From an uncultured Actinomycetota bacterium (lineage in GTDB: Bacteria; Actinomycetota; Actinomycetes; JADGOV01), in assembly GCA_963814355.1 (NCBI GenBank), contig CAWFCZ010000018.1:1064141-1128140 (forward strand): DNA of 64,000 bases. The letters run 5' to 3'. Positions 28,173-37,922 of the stretch are shown here, in pieces. Under the pieces are notes generated by a model. The model saw only the letters and a list, made by a program, of their open reading frames with translations. It made no database searches and was not told the DNA's origin. Position numbers and translations under genes: made by a program. Each line of letters starts with the position of its first letter. Position 1 is the first letter of the stretch.

Positions 28173-29125
28173 CGCCCACCGCGGCTCCCCCGCGCCGGGC
28201 CTGGGTACGCCAGCTCATGGGGATGCCGATCAGTGTCCACCTTCGCGGGGACGCGGCACGGGCACCTTTCGCCGAGGACGCCGTACTGGCAGCGTTCGAC
28301 ACGCTGCGGGCGATCGACACCCTGTTCAGTACCTACCGAGGCGACAGCGAGGTCTGCCGCCTCGACCGGGGCGACCTGACGATCCACGAGGCACACCCGC
28401 TGATGTCGGAGGTCATCGGGTTGTGTGAACTGGCTCGCACGCGCACTGGAGGCGCGTTCGACGCCCACCGCGCCGGACCGGCCGGCGGTCGGGTGCGCTT
28501 CGACCCCACCGGCCTGGTCAAGGGCTGGGCGGTCGAGCGGGTGGCCACCGTCCTCACCGAGGCGACCGGCTGCGACGTCAGCGTCAACGCCGGCGGCGAC
28601 ATCGCCAGCCAGATCACCGGTGGAGTCCGCCGTCGCCCATCGCCACCTTGGCGCATCGGTGTCGAGGACCCTCGGGACTACTCCCGGCTGCTCGCCGTGC
28701 TGCCGCTGTCCACCGGCGGGGTGGCCACCTCGGGCACCGCACGCCGGGGTGGGCACATCGTCGCCCCACACGACGGCTCGCCGGTCACCGAGTTGGCATC
28801 CGTTACGGTGATCGGTCCGTCCCTGCTGTGGGCCGACGTGTACGCGACCGCCGCGTTCGTCAAGGGATCGGAGGCGCTGGCCTGGCTGGAAACCCTGCCC
28901 GGCTACGAGGGCATCGTGGTCGACCGTACCGGGGTCCGCGCTACCCGGAAGCTGCCGCTGGCCACGCCGCGTATCCGACCGGCGGGTCCGGACCCGGGAT
29001 CTCCAGCAGCGGGTCCGGGACGGTCGCATCCAGGTGCACCTGCCCGCACCCGCGCGCCCCGCTCCACCGCGGCTTCCAGCTGCCCGTTGACTGCGTCGGC
29101 CGCTGCCCCGGACCGCCTCAGGTGA
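28169..29125 (+). CDS. apbE: FAD:protein FMN transferase
   Basis: MGM, FSTYRGDSE, T.GAFD, DPTGLVKGW, NAGGD, WRIGVEDP, ATSG, ADVYATA. Confidence 0.88.
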   Translation: MTPTAAPPRRAWVRQLMGMPISVHLRGDAARAPFAEDAVLAAFDTLRAIDTLFSTYRGDSEVCRLDRGDLTIHEAHPLMSEVIGLCELARTRTGGAFDAHRAGPAGGRVRFDPTGLVKGWAVERVATVLTEATGCDVSVNAGGDIASQITGGVRRRPSPPWRIGVEDPRDYSRLLAVLPLSTGGVATSGTARRGGHIVAPHDGSPVTELASVTVIGPSLLWADVYATAAFVKGSEALAWLETLPGYEGIVVDRTGVRATRKLPLATPRIRPAGPDPGSPAAGPGRSHPGAPARTRAPRSTAASSCPLTASAAAPDRLR

Positions 29126-30335
29126 ACAGCGTGTCACCCCACCAACCGCCTCTTCCGACGCCCGGCGGGCAGGCCCAGATGCCCGAACCCGTGTGCCGGA
29201 GGTATTCTCCCATCGCGTCGTGGCGGGCCATCTTCGTCATCAACGGCACGAATTGAGTGCGGGGATCGCGTTGATAGGCCAGGAAGAACAGGCCTGCATC
29301 GAGTCGACCGAGCCCGTCCGAGCCGTCGACGAAGGAGTAGCCACGGCGCAAGATCGTCGTCCCGTCGTTGGACGCCGGATGCATCAGCGCGACGTGTGAA
29401 TCCGCCGGCAGCTTCGCCGGGTCGACGGCGTCCCGCTCCTGGCTCGACCCCAACGGCGCCCCGGCACCCTTGGTACGCCCGACGATCCGCTCCTGGCCGA
29501 GTAGCGACTCGCGGTCCCAGGTCTCGATCTGCATCCGGATGCGACGAGCGACGAGGTAGCACCCGCCGCTCATCCAGCCGGCCCCGTCGCCGAAGGCGGC
29601 CCAGACGTGCTCACGGAGCCCGGCCTCGTCGGTGCCGGCAATGTTGTTCGTGCCGTCCTTGAACCCGAACAAGTTGCGGGGAGTCTGGGCGCCCGGAGTG
29701 GTCGAGGACGTCTTCCCGAACCCGAGCTGCGACCACCGCACGCTCACCCGGCCGAAGCCGATGCGGGCCAAATTGCGGATGGCGTGCACGGCCACCTGCG
29801 GGTCGTCGGCACAAGCCTGCACGGCGATGTCACCGAAGCTGCGGGCCGGTTCCAGCCGATCACCCGCGAAAGCCGGCAGGTCGATCAATGCCGCGGGGCG
29901 TTGAGCCCGCAGGCCGAATCGCCGGTCGAACAGCGACGGGCCGAAACCGACGGTCAGGGTGAGCCGGGACGGCGGCAAATCCAGGGCCTCCCCGGTGTCC
30001 TCCGGCGGCGCCTCCGGGACTCCGCCCAGCGCCCCGTCTGGTCCGGCGCCCTGGCCGGCGGACATCCGAGCGGCGGCGTCGGTCCACTCCCGCAGCAGCG
30101 CGACCAACTCGGCGCGGGACCTCGTCACCACGTCGAAGGCCGCGAAGTGCAGCCGGTCCTGGACGGGGGTGGCGATCCCGGCCTGGTGCTTCCCGTAGAA
30201 CGGCACGACCGGTGCGGTCGGCGCGTTCGCGCGGTCTTCCTCGCGGGCCACCGCGACCCCCGCGCCGGTAGCCCCGGCGAGTAGACCGGCCGCAGTGAAT
30301 CCGAGCAGGCTTCGGCGGCTGACCGGGTGGTTCAT
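29118..30335 (-). CDS. efeB: Dyp-type peroxidase / deferrochelatase EfeB, Tat-exported
   Basis: SRRSLL Tat motif; HQAGIATP, GFKDGT, SHV, ILRRGYS, EYLRH. Confidence 0.93.
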   Translation of the reverse strand: MNHPVSRRSLLGFTAAGLLAGATGAGVAVAREEDRANAPTAPVVPFYGKHQAGIATPVQDRLHFAAFDVVTRSRAELVALLREWTDAAARMSAGQGAGPDGALGGVPEAPPEDTGEALDLPPSRLTLTVGFGPSLFDRRFGLRAQRPAALIDLPAFAGDRLEPARSFGDIAVQACADDPQVAVHAIRNLARIGFGRVSVRWSQLGFGKTSSTTPGAQTPRNLFGFKDGTNNIAGTDEAGLREHVWAAFGDGAGWMSGGCYLVARRIRMQIETWDRESLLGQERIVGRTKGAGAPLGSSQERDAVDPAKLPADSHVALMHPASNDGTTILRRGYSFVDGSDGLGRLDAGLFFLAYQRDPRTQFVPLMTKMARHDAMGEYLRHTGSGIWACPPGVGRGGWWGDTLFT

Positions 30336-31453
30336 CCGCTCACCACCGCCGCAGCCAGGTGCGACATGGGCTCCGACAGCGCATTGACCGTGTCGGAGAG
30401 CGTCTTGCGCTGGGCAGGGGTCACCGTGTCGTAGGACACGAAGCCGGTCCCCCGCTGGTAGGTCGCGAGCAGCGCCCCGAGCTGGCCGAAGGAGGTGTCC
30501 AACCGGGCCACGAGCTTGGGGTCGTTCGCTACGGCCACCGGCTTCAGGAGTCGGAACACCTCTTCGGCGCCCTCGACGTTGGCGGCGAAGTCGGCCAGAT
30601 CGGTGTGACTGAACGCCTCCTCCTCGCCGGTGACCTTGCCGGTGGCGACCTCGTCGAGGAGCTCCTTGGCGCCGTTGGCCATCGACGTCGGCGTGATCTC
30701 GGCGGTGCTGAGCCGGGTTTGCAACGTCGCGAGGTCGGCTAGCAGCCGGTCAGCGTACGTCCCCATGCCACGGGTGGAGCCCCGAGCCCACAGGGCCTTC
30801 TCGATCCGGTGCCAACCGGTCCAGGTCTGGCCGGCTTCGAGATCCGCCTCGCGCAGGTCCACCTTCGGGTCGATGTCACCGAAGCTCTCCGCGACGGGCT
30901 CGATGCGCTCCCAGCCTTCGCGCGACGGGGCATACCGGGACTTCGCCGCCGCGACGTTGCCGCTCTTGACGGCGGCGGCGAAGACCCGGGTACGGCTCCG
31001 GGTCAGCGCAACCTGGTCTTCGACGTAGGTGCGATACGCGGCCACCGCCCGGGCCGACCGGGGATCGGTCGTGGACGTCGTGGCCGAACCGGCGGTCACG
31101 GTGAAGGGTTGGCGGATGCCATCGCCCTGTTGGCCCGGCTTGCAGGCGATCTGGTAGCTGCCGGCTTTGAGTTCTACCGTGAGCTTGGCGGTGGTGCCGG
31201 GCCCGATGTTCTCCCGTTCGGTCACGGTGCGGTCGCCGGCAGCGTAGACGTACACCTCGGTGACCTTGCTGCCCTTGTTGGCCACCGCGAACGTGTGCGC
31301 GCCAGCGGGGACGCTGCTCCGAGCGACCTCACAGGCGGAGTCTGTGGACGTGATCGCGATGTCGGTCCCGGACGTTGTACCACCGCCAGCCTGGCACGCC
31401 GAGGTCATCAGCGCGCCGAGTACCAGAGCCGCCGGAGGACGTATTCGACGCAC
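30332..31453 (-). CDS. efeO: Iron uptake lipoprotein EfeO (cupredoxin + M75 domains)
   Basis: Lipobox TSAC; ENIGPG, CKPG, ERIEPVAESFGD, GWHRIE, GEEEAFSHTDL. Confidence 0.93.
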   Translation of the reverse strand: MRRIRPPAALVLGALMTSACQAGGGTTSGTDIAITSTDSACEVARSSVPAGAHTFAVANKGSKVTEVYVYAAGDRTVTERENIGPGTTAKLTVELKAGSYQIACKPGQQGDGIRQPFTVTAGSATTSTTDPRSARAVAAYRTYVEDQVALTRSRTRVFAAAVKSGNVAAAKSRYAPSREGWERIEPVAESFGDIDPKVDLREADLEAGQTWTGWHRIEKALWARGSTRGMGTYADRLLADLATLQTRLSTAEITPTSMANGAKELLDEVATGKVTGEEEAFSHTDLADFAANVEGAEEVFRLLKPVAVANDPKLVARLDTSFGQLGALLATYQRGTGFVSYDTVTPAQRKTLSDTVNALSEPMSHLAAAVVSG

Positions 31454-31473
31454 GAGAGCTCCGTTCGCAGGTG

Positions 31474-31492
31474 TTAGGTCTGCCTTACCTTA
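31474..31492. promoter_or_regulatory. IdeR/DtxR iron box
   Basis: TTAGGTCTGCCTTACCTTA matches the 19-bp TWAGGTWAGSCTWACCTWA consensus at 17 of 19 positions, 20 bp upstream of efeO. Confidence 0.85.
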
Positions 31493-31587
31493 CATTGACC
31501 GGAAACGCCGCGCGGCTGCGCCCGGTTCTTCCGGGCGTCGCGATCGCAGGCTGTTGCCCGGCGCCGCAAGGCAGCGCGCGCCTAGGA

Positions 31588-31818
31588 TCAGGTACGGCCG
31601 GCGCTGCTCCAGAGTCGGCGAAGCTCGAGTCCGTAGCCGAGGAGCGCCGCCGGCAGTCCGACGCACAGCGCAAGCACGCCCCATGCTCCGCCGGCCGCCA
31701 GTCCGGCGACGGCCAGCAGCAACGCCAGCACGAGCAGGGCGACCGAGGCCCCTCTCGGGCGGGTGGCGATCGCGGTCGAGACAGCGGTCAGCGGTGCTGG
31801 GTTCAGTGACGCACGCAT
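31588..31818 (-). CDS. Small two-TM membrane protein
   Basis: ATG 31818 with GGAGA upstream; two hydrophobic stretches. Confidence 0.5.
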   Translation of the reverse strand: MRASLNPAPLTAVSTAIATRPRGASVALLVLALLLAVAGLAAGGAWGVLALCVGLPAALLGYGLELRRLWSSAGRT

Positions 31819-31990
31819 GGGGGATCTCCGCTTCAGGAGCTGCGGGGAGTGTCCGGAACGACTGGCGGCCTGTGGATCCACGGTCCGGGCTGAAGATTTC
31901 GTGGGTGCGACCGCGGCATTACCTCGGTCTGAAGTCTCGAGTCTGAGGGCCGTTTCGCGCGCTGTCGGGGGGTCGGCGGACCCCGCCGGG

Positions 31991-33718
31991 CTACTCGGCG
32001 GCCGCCCGGTGGTAGGCCTCCAGCACCTCACCGGCGGTATCGAAGAACGCCCCGGATCCCAGCTTCGCGCTCACCCCGTACCGGTCGAGCTGCTCGCGAA
32101 CCGCCGGAACCACCCCCGAGAGCACCAGCCGGACGCCGCGGCGGCTCAGCAGGTCGGAGGTGTGCACCAGTACCGCGGCCGCGGTGTAGTCCACGTCGCC
32201 GATCGCCGCCGCGTCGATGCAGAACCACTCCGGCGGCTGCGGGGTGGCCGCCGCGAGCGACTTCACGTCGTCGAGGAAGGCCGACGCGTTGGCGAAGTAC
32301 AGGCTGCTGCCGAATCGATAAACGACCAAGCCGGCTTCGGTGCGGGCTCGGTCGGTGACCGGCAGGGATTGCCAGTGCCCGGCCGCCGACTTGACCAGCA
32401 CACCGCTGCGTGGGTGGTAGCTGTGCCGCAGGTGGTCGACGATCGAGGCCACGACGGCCAGCACCATGCCCTGCTTCACGCCGAACAGGACGACCGCCGC
32501 CGCGGTGATCAGCGCGACCCCGAACTCGATCCGGCGCAGCGCGTAGATGCGACGCAGGCCACGTACGTCGATCAACTCCACGCCGATCAGGAAGACGACG
32601 GTGGCCAAAGCCGCGACCGGCAGCGAGGCGAGCGGGCCGGTGAGCACCAGGACCACGATCAGCACGATGCCGGCGGTGACCAGCTGCGAGATCTGGCTGC
32701 GGCCACCGGCGCTGTTCACCAGCGCGGTCTTGGTGGGGCTGCCGTTGACGACGAAGGTGCCGGTAAAGGCGGCGGCCACGTTCGCCGCGCCCAAGCCGAC
32801 CAGGTCGGCGTCCTGCTCGAGCGGTTCGTTGTGCTGGGTGGCGTACGCCCTCGCGGTCGCCGAACTCTGCGCCAGGATCACGACGAACATCGAGGCGGCG
32901 ACCCCGATCAGGGTGGCCGCCTCGTGCACCCCTAGCGCCGGTAGGGACAGGTGCGGCAGCCCGTGCGGCACCTGCCCGAGCACCTCCACCCCGTGGTCGG
33001 CAAGACGCGCCGCACGGCTGACCGCGATCGCACCGGCGACGACAACCAGCGCCGCCGGCACCCGACGGGTCACTCGGGGGAGGCCGACCAGTACGGCCAG
33101 TACGACCACCGAAATCAGCACCAGGCCCGGGCGCGCGTCGGGCACTCGGCGCAGGGTGTGCAGCAGCTTGCGGATGGTCCCGGCGCCTTCGGCGGGGATG
33201 CCGAGCATGTCCGGCAACTGGCCGCAGGCCACCTGCACCCCGACTCCAGTGAGGAAGCCGATCAGCACGGTCTGGGAGAGGAAGTTCGCCAGGAAGCCGA
33301 GCCGGATGGCTCGGGCGAGGAGCAGCAGCGCACCGGCCAGCAGGGCGGTCAGCCCGGCCAGCGCGACGTACCTCGGCGAGCCGAGCGCGGCCATGGACCC
33401 GACCCCGGCGGTCAGGATCGTCGCCGTGGCCGAGTCGGCGCCGACCACGAGGTGTCGGGACGACCCGAGGAGGGCGAAGACGGCCAGCGGCACCAGCAGC
33501 GTGTAGAGGCCGGTCACCGCCGGCATTCCGGCGATCTTCGCGTACCCCAGGACCGCCGGGATACCCACCGCAGCTCCGGCGATCCCGGCCAGGACATCGT
33601 CGCCGATCGTCGATCTCTCGACCGGCAGGATGCCGGCCAGCATCGGCAGTCGGCTCCGCCACGCCGGTGTGTGGGCTCCAGCGGGTCGAGGGTGGCGCGC
33701 CCGCTCCCGCCTAACCAT
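31991..33718 (-). CDS. SulP family anion transporter with STAS domain
   Basis: GSSRHLVVGADS, VNGSPTKT, LYFANA, DYT; start uncertain (33739/33718/33643). Confidence 0.9.
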   Translation of the reverse strand: MVRRERARHPRPAGAHTPAWRSRLPMLAGILPVERSTIGDDVLAGIAGAAVGIPAVLGYAKIAGMPAVTGLYTLLVPLAVFALLGSSRHLVVGADSATATILTAGVGSMAALGSPRYVALAGLTALLAGALLLLARAIRLGFLANFLSQTVLIGFLTGVGVQVACGQLPDMLGIPAEGAGTIRKLLHTLRRVPDARPGLVLISVVVLAVLVGLPRVTRRVPAALVVVAGAIAVSRAARLADHGVEVLGQVPHGLPHLSLPALGVHEAATLIGVAASMFVVILAQSSATARAYATQHNEPLEQDADLVGLGAANVAAAFTGTFVVNGSPTKTALVNSAGGRSQISQLVTAGIVLIVVLVLTGPLASLPVAALATVVFLIGVELIDVRGLRRIYALRRIEFGVALITAAAVVLFGVKQGMVLAVVASIVDHLRHSYHPRSGVLVKSAAGHWQSLPVTDRARTEAGLVVYRFGSSLYFANASAFLDDVKSLAAATPQPPEWFCIDAAAIGDVDYTAAAVLVHTSDLLSRRGVRLVLSGVVPAVREQLDRYGVSAKLGSGAFFDTAGEVLEAYHRAAAE

Positions 33719-33893
33719 GCCCACACCCTCCCACCGCATCGGGAGGTCCCGTCGGGCGTCGAGAGGTGGCCGTGAAAGTCACTCCGACCGCGCCGGGCCA
33801 CGGGTCGTGCCTTCCGGGGCTGAGTCAGCTTCCAGAGGCTGGCTCACCGGAGTACGATCCGGCGCCAACAGGGTGGGAGTAGGGAGGCACGCC

Positions 33894-34412
33894 ATGCGCC
33901 GGATTCTGCTGGCCCTCGTATCAGCCGTCCTGCTGGTTCTTCCAGCTGCTCCGGCGACGGCGGCTCCCACCACCCCGGTCCACGGCCGCTTCGATGTCAT
34001 CCTCGACTTTTCCACGCTGACGCTGCGCGACGGACCCGGGAACACCTGCGTGCTGACCGTCCGCGGGAAGTTGGTGTTCTCCGGGACGCTGAGCGGGGAG
34101 GCTCCGGGCCGGACCACCGCGCTGGTCTTCGGGCCGTGCGCCCAGGTGGCGGTCACGCCGCCGGGCACCTACGTCGACGTGTTCCGCTTCCGCGGCACCT
34201 TCACCGGAACGGTGCACGGCACCCGGGTCACCGGGCGACTGACGTACGCGGGCGTCACCGAGGTCGGCGGGCACATCGACGCGGTGATCCAGCTGAGCAG
34301 CCGCGTCGGGCACGTGGTCGCCCGCGCCGACGCGATGGTCGCCCAGGGCGGAACGTACACCGGCACGGTCATCCCGGCGGAGTCGCAGCGTTCGTCGACG
34401 ACCGCCCGGTAA
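33894..34412 (+). CDS. Secreted beta-rich hypothetical protein
   Basis: GGGAGG SD, signal peptide MRRILLALVSAVLLVLPAAPATA, two Cys. Confidence 0.65.
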   Translation: MRRILLALVSAVLLVLPAAPATAAPTTPVHGRFDVILDFSTLTLRDGPGNTCVLTVRGKLVFSGTLSGEAPGRTTALVFGPCAQVAVTPPGTYVDVFRFRGTFTGTVHGTRVTGRLTYAGVTEVGGHIDAVIQLSSRVGHVVARADAMVAQGGTYTGTVIPAESQRSSTTAR

Positions 34413-35079
34413 TCGCCGCCGCCACCTCCTCGAGCGACCGCCCGGAAATGTCGGGCGGGGTGAAGTGGCCCGGGTAGGGCGTTTCCCGGCGGTTCAGCCA
34501 GGCGGCCTGCATCCCCGCGCGCTTCGCGCCGTCGATGTCCCAGGGATGGACCGCGACCAGCAGCATGGCCTCCAGCGGCGTGCCACAGGTGCGGGCGGCG
34601 TAGTCGTACGCCCGCCGAGCCGGCTTCCACGCCCCGGCGTCGGAGGCGCTGAGCAGCCGCTCGAACAGGTTGCCGACGCCGGCGGCGGCGAACATGGACT
34701 CGGCCAACGCCGTGGAACCGTTGGTCAGCGTGACCATGCGCAGCCCGGCACCGGCCAGCGATCGCAGGCCGGGGGGCACGTCGGGATGCAGCGCCAGGGC
34801 GCCGAACCCGCCCATGACCTTCCGTATCGCCTCATCGATGTCCTGGGTCAACCCGTCGATCGAGCTAAGCAGGCCGCGGAGGACCTCCCGACCGACCTCG
34901 GCGAACTGCGGGTTCTCCCCGACCGCGGTCAAGGCGAACCCGTCGCGCAGCAGGGCCGCGAACCAGGTCTGCAGCAACGTGGCGGGAACGCCGATCTCGG
35001 CGAACGCCTCGGCCAGCGGTGCCATGTCCGACAGCGTCTCGTTGACGTCGAATACCACGACATCCAGACGGTTGGCCAT
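34369..35079 (-). CDS. Haloacid dehalogenase type II
   Basis: FDVNETL, LTNG, WKP, VAVHPWDIDGA. Confidence 0.88.
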   Translation of the reverse strand: MANRLDVVVFDVNETLSDMAPLAEAFAEIGVPATLLQTWFAALLRDGFALTAVGENPQFAEVGREVLRGLLSSIDGLTQDIDEAIRKVMGGFGALALHPDVPPGLRSLAGAGLRMVTLTNGSTALAESMFAAAGVGNLFERLLSASDAGAWKPARRAYDYAARTCGTPLEAMLLVAVHPWDIDGAKRAGMQAAWLNRRETPYPGHFTPPDISGRSLEEVAAAITGRSSTNAATPPG

Positions 35080-35159
35080 GGCCGCCGCCTACCCGCAGAA
35101 GCCGGGGACAATCGTTACCGCGCGGATTCGCGGTGCGTGATCGGGGCGCGATCGGCTGA

Positions 35160-35325
35160 TGGCCCCGGGCGGCTCCCCATGAGCGTGAGCGTCGCGGGCG
35201 GCTGGATCGTCCTCGCCTTGAGCCGGTGGTGTCCGACGCCGATCCGCAGACCCACCTGAACAGCCGTGGTGCGGGTCGGCCGGGCCGGCGGCGCTGCCAC
35301 CGATAACGATCAGATCGTGGTCCAT
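35160..35325 (-). pseudogene. Remnant of pyridine nucleotide-disulfide oxidoreductase N-terminus
   Basis: MDHDLIVIGGSAAG resembles a dinucleotide-binding start; downstream degenerate. Confidence 0.3.
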
Positions 35326-35427
35326 CCTCGGGTACCGTCGGGGCTCCAAGGACCCTGCCGGACCCGCCGATCCGGTCGGCCTACTCCGACACCTGCCGCG
35401 CGGGTTCGGCAGGTCGAGAGGAGCCCC

Positions 35428-37068
35428 ATGCCGCCAGAGCCCATTGCCACCGCGCAACTCCCGACCGTCAAGCAGGACCGGGATGAGGTCTTCGTGGAGT
35501 ACACGAAGTCGATCTGCCCGCTGTGCAAGGTCGTCGTTGATGCCCAGGTCAACATCCGGGACGACAAGGTCTACCTGCGTAAGCGCTGCAAGGAGCACGG
35601 CATCTTCGAGGCCTTGGTGTACGGCGACGCGCAGATGTACCTGGATTCGGCGCGGTTCAACAGGCCGGGCACGATCCCGCTGACCTTTCAGACCGAGGTG
35701 GCCGACGGCTGCCCGTCGGATTGCCGCCTGTGTCTCGAGCACAAGCAGCACGCCTACTTGCGCATCGTCGAGGTCAACACCAACTGCAACCTGGACTGCC
35801 CGATCTGCTTCGCCGACTCGGGAACCAGCCGGACGGCTATTCGATAACGCTGGAACAGTGCGACGCGATGCTCGACGTCTTTGTGGCCGCCGAGGGCGAG
35901 GCCGAGGTGGTCATGTTCTCCGGCGGAGAGCCGACCATCCACAAAGACATCCTGGCGATGATCGACCTCGCGCAGGGCAAGGCCATCCGAAACGTCAACC
36001 TGAACACCAACGGGATCCGGCTGGCCACCGACAAGCGTTTCGTGGCCGCGCTCGGCGAGCGTAACGGCCGGGGCGGCAAGGCGGTGAACATCTACCTCCA
36101 GTTCGACGGCTTTGCCGAGCGCACCCATCTGGCGATCCGCGGCAAGGACCTCCGCGAACGCAAGCGAGCGGCGCTGGACAACTGCGCCGAAGTCGGCCTG
36201 ACCGTCACGCTGGTCGCCGCGGTAGAGCAGGACCTGAACTCCGACGAGCTCGGCGCGATCATCCAGTACGGGATCGCCCACCCGGCGGTACGTTCGGTGG
36301 CCTTCCAACCGGTGACGCACTCCGGGCGACATGTCGAGTTCGACCCGATGACCCGGTTGACGAACTCAGACATCATCCATGGCATCGCCGATCAGCTGCC
36401 GGAGTGGTTCCGGCCCAGTGACTTCGTCCCGGTGCCATGCTGTTTCCCCACCTGCCGCTCGATTACCTACCTCATCGTGGACTCCGACCCTGCGACCGGG
36501 GAAACGACAGTGGTACCGATCCCCCGGCTCATCCAAATAGAGGACTACCTGGATTACGTGTCCAACCGGGTGATCCCCGAGGACGGCGTACGGGCGGCGC
36601 TGGAGAAGCTGTGGAGCGCATCGGCGTTCATGGGTACCAAGACCACCGCGGAGCAGCTGACGCTCACCGCCGCGCAGCTGGAATGCGCCGCCTGCGGGCT
36701 TGGACCTGCCGCACGTCGTGAAGGACATCAGCCAGAAGACCTTCATGATTGTGATCCAGGACTTCCAGGACCCGTACACGCTCAACGTCCGCACCCTGAT
36801 GAAGTGCTGCGTCGAGGAGATCACCCCGGACGGGCGGCTGATCCCGTTCTGCGCCTACAACTCCGTGGGTTACCGCGAACAGGTCCGGGAGCAGATGTGC
36901 GGCGTGGCGGTCGCGGACGTCGTACCCAACGCCATCCCCATCCAGCCGCTGCTCGCACCCTCGCCCTACGGTTCCCGCATCGCCGCCGGCAATGGCAGCT
37001 CGGGCAAGGGTAGCTCGGACGGACCCCTCGCTGCCGACACGACCAACGTCGGGCGTGCGGTCCGGTGA
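35428..37068 (+). pseudogene. Radical SAM protein of the MJ0619/Tes-like family, two frameshifts
   Basis: TKSICPLC...KRCKEHG, GCPSDC, CNLDCPICFA (CxxxCxxC), SGGEPT, NTNG, YLQFDG, KCC, IPFCAYN; frame breaks at ~35823 and ~36700. Confidence 0.8.
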
Positions 37069-37864
37069 CCGCCGAGTCCGCCACCGAGGCCAAGGCGTGC
37101 TGCGCCGCGGCGTACTCGACCGACCTGGTGGCCCTCGTCCTGGGCGAGAGTTGCCACCCCGGGGGGCGTGCGCTGACCCGGCGGCTGGCCGCCGTGACCG
37201 GACTGCGCGCCGGGCAGCGGGTGCTCGACGTGGCGAGCGGTCCGGGAAGCACAGCCGTGCTGCTCGCCCAGGAGTTCGGCGTGACGGTCGACGGGGTCGA
37301 TCTCGGTGCGGCCGAAGTCGAGCGTGCGGCGGCCGCCGCCGAGGATGCCGGGCTGGAGCGGAGCGTGCGTTTCCAGGTCGGCGACGCCGAGCGGTTGCCG
37401 TTCGAGGACGCCAGCTTCGATGCGGTGATCTGCGAGTGCGCCTTCTGCACCTTCCCTGACAAGGTGACCGCGGCCGCCGAGTTGGCCCGCGTGCTGCGAC
37501 CGGGTGGGCGGATCGGTCTCAGTGACGTCACGCTCTCCTCCGGCGGCCTGCCGGCTGAGCTCACCGGCCTGGCCGGCTGGGTGGCCTGCCTCGCGGACGC
37601 TCGCCCGCTGCCGGCCTGCGCCGCCCTGCTCGCCGACGCCGGGTTGGAGCGGGTCACGCTTGAGCGGCACGACGAAGCCCTCGCCGCGATGATCGACCAG
37701 ATCCGGGCTCGACTGTCGACCCTGCGCGCGGTGGCCCGCACCAATTCCGCGCTGGCGGGCGTGGACTTCGACCGGGCACTGGAGTTGACTGGGGAGGCCG
37801 CCGCTGCGGCGCACGAGGGACCATCGGCTACGGGCTGCTCGTCGCCGACAGACCCGCCGGCTGA
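37065..37864 (+). CDS. Class I SAM-dependent methyltransferase (frameshift near C-terminus)
   Basis: CC N-terminus, HPGG, VLDVASGPG, GDAERLPF, ECAFC, VLRPGG; natural end TIGYGLLVADRPAG* is in another frame ending 37864. Confidence 0.75.
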
Positions 37865-37922
37865 CCGGCCGAGCGCCTCACGACTGGGCGGCACGACCGC
37901 GCTGCAACGGTCAGGAGATTCC

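Noticed and set aside
28950-29125. ApbE C-terminal extension as an extra domain
   Set aside because: Low-complexity Pro/Ala/Gly tail, most likely read-through into the intergenic region
10424-37068. Micropeptides as substrates of the radical SAM enzyme
   Set aside because: 25 kb apart, enzyme is not SPASM/RRE type and is disrupted
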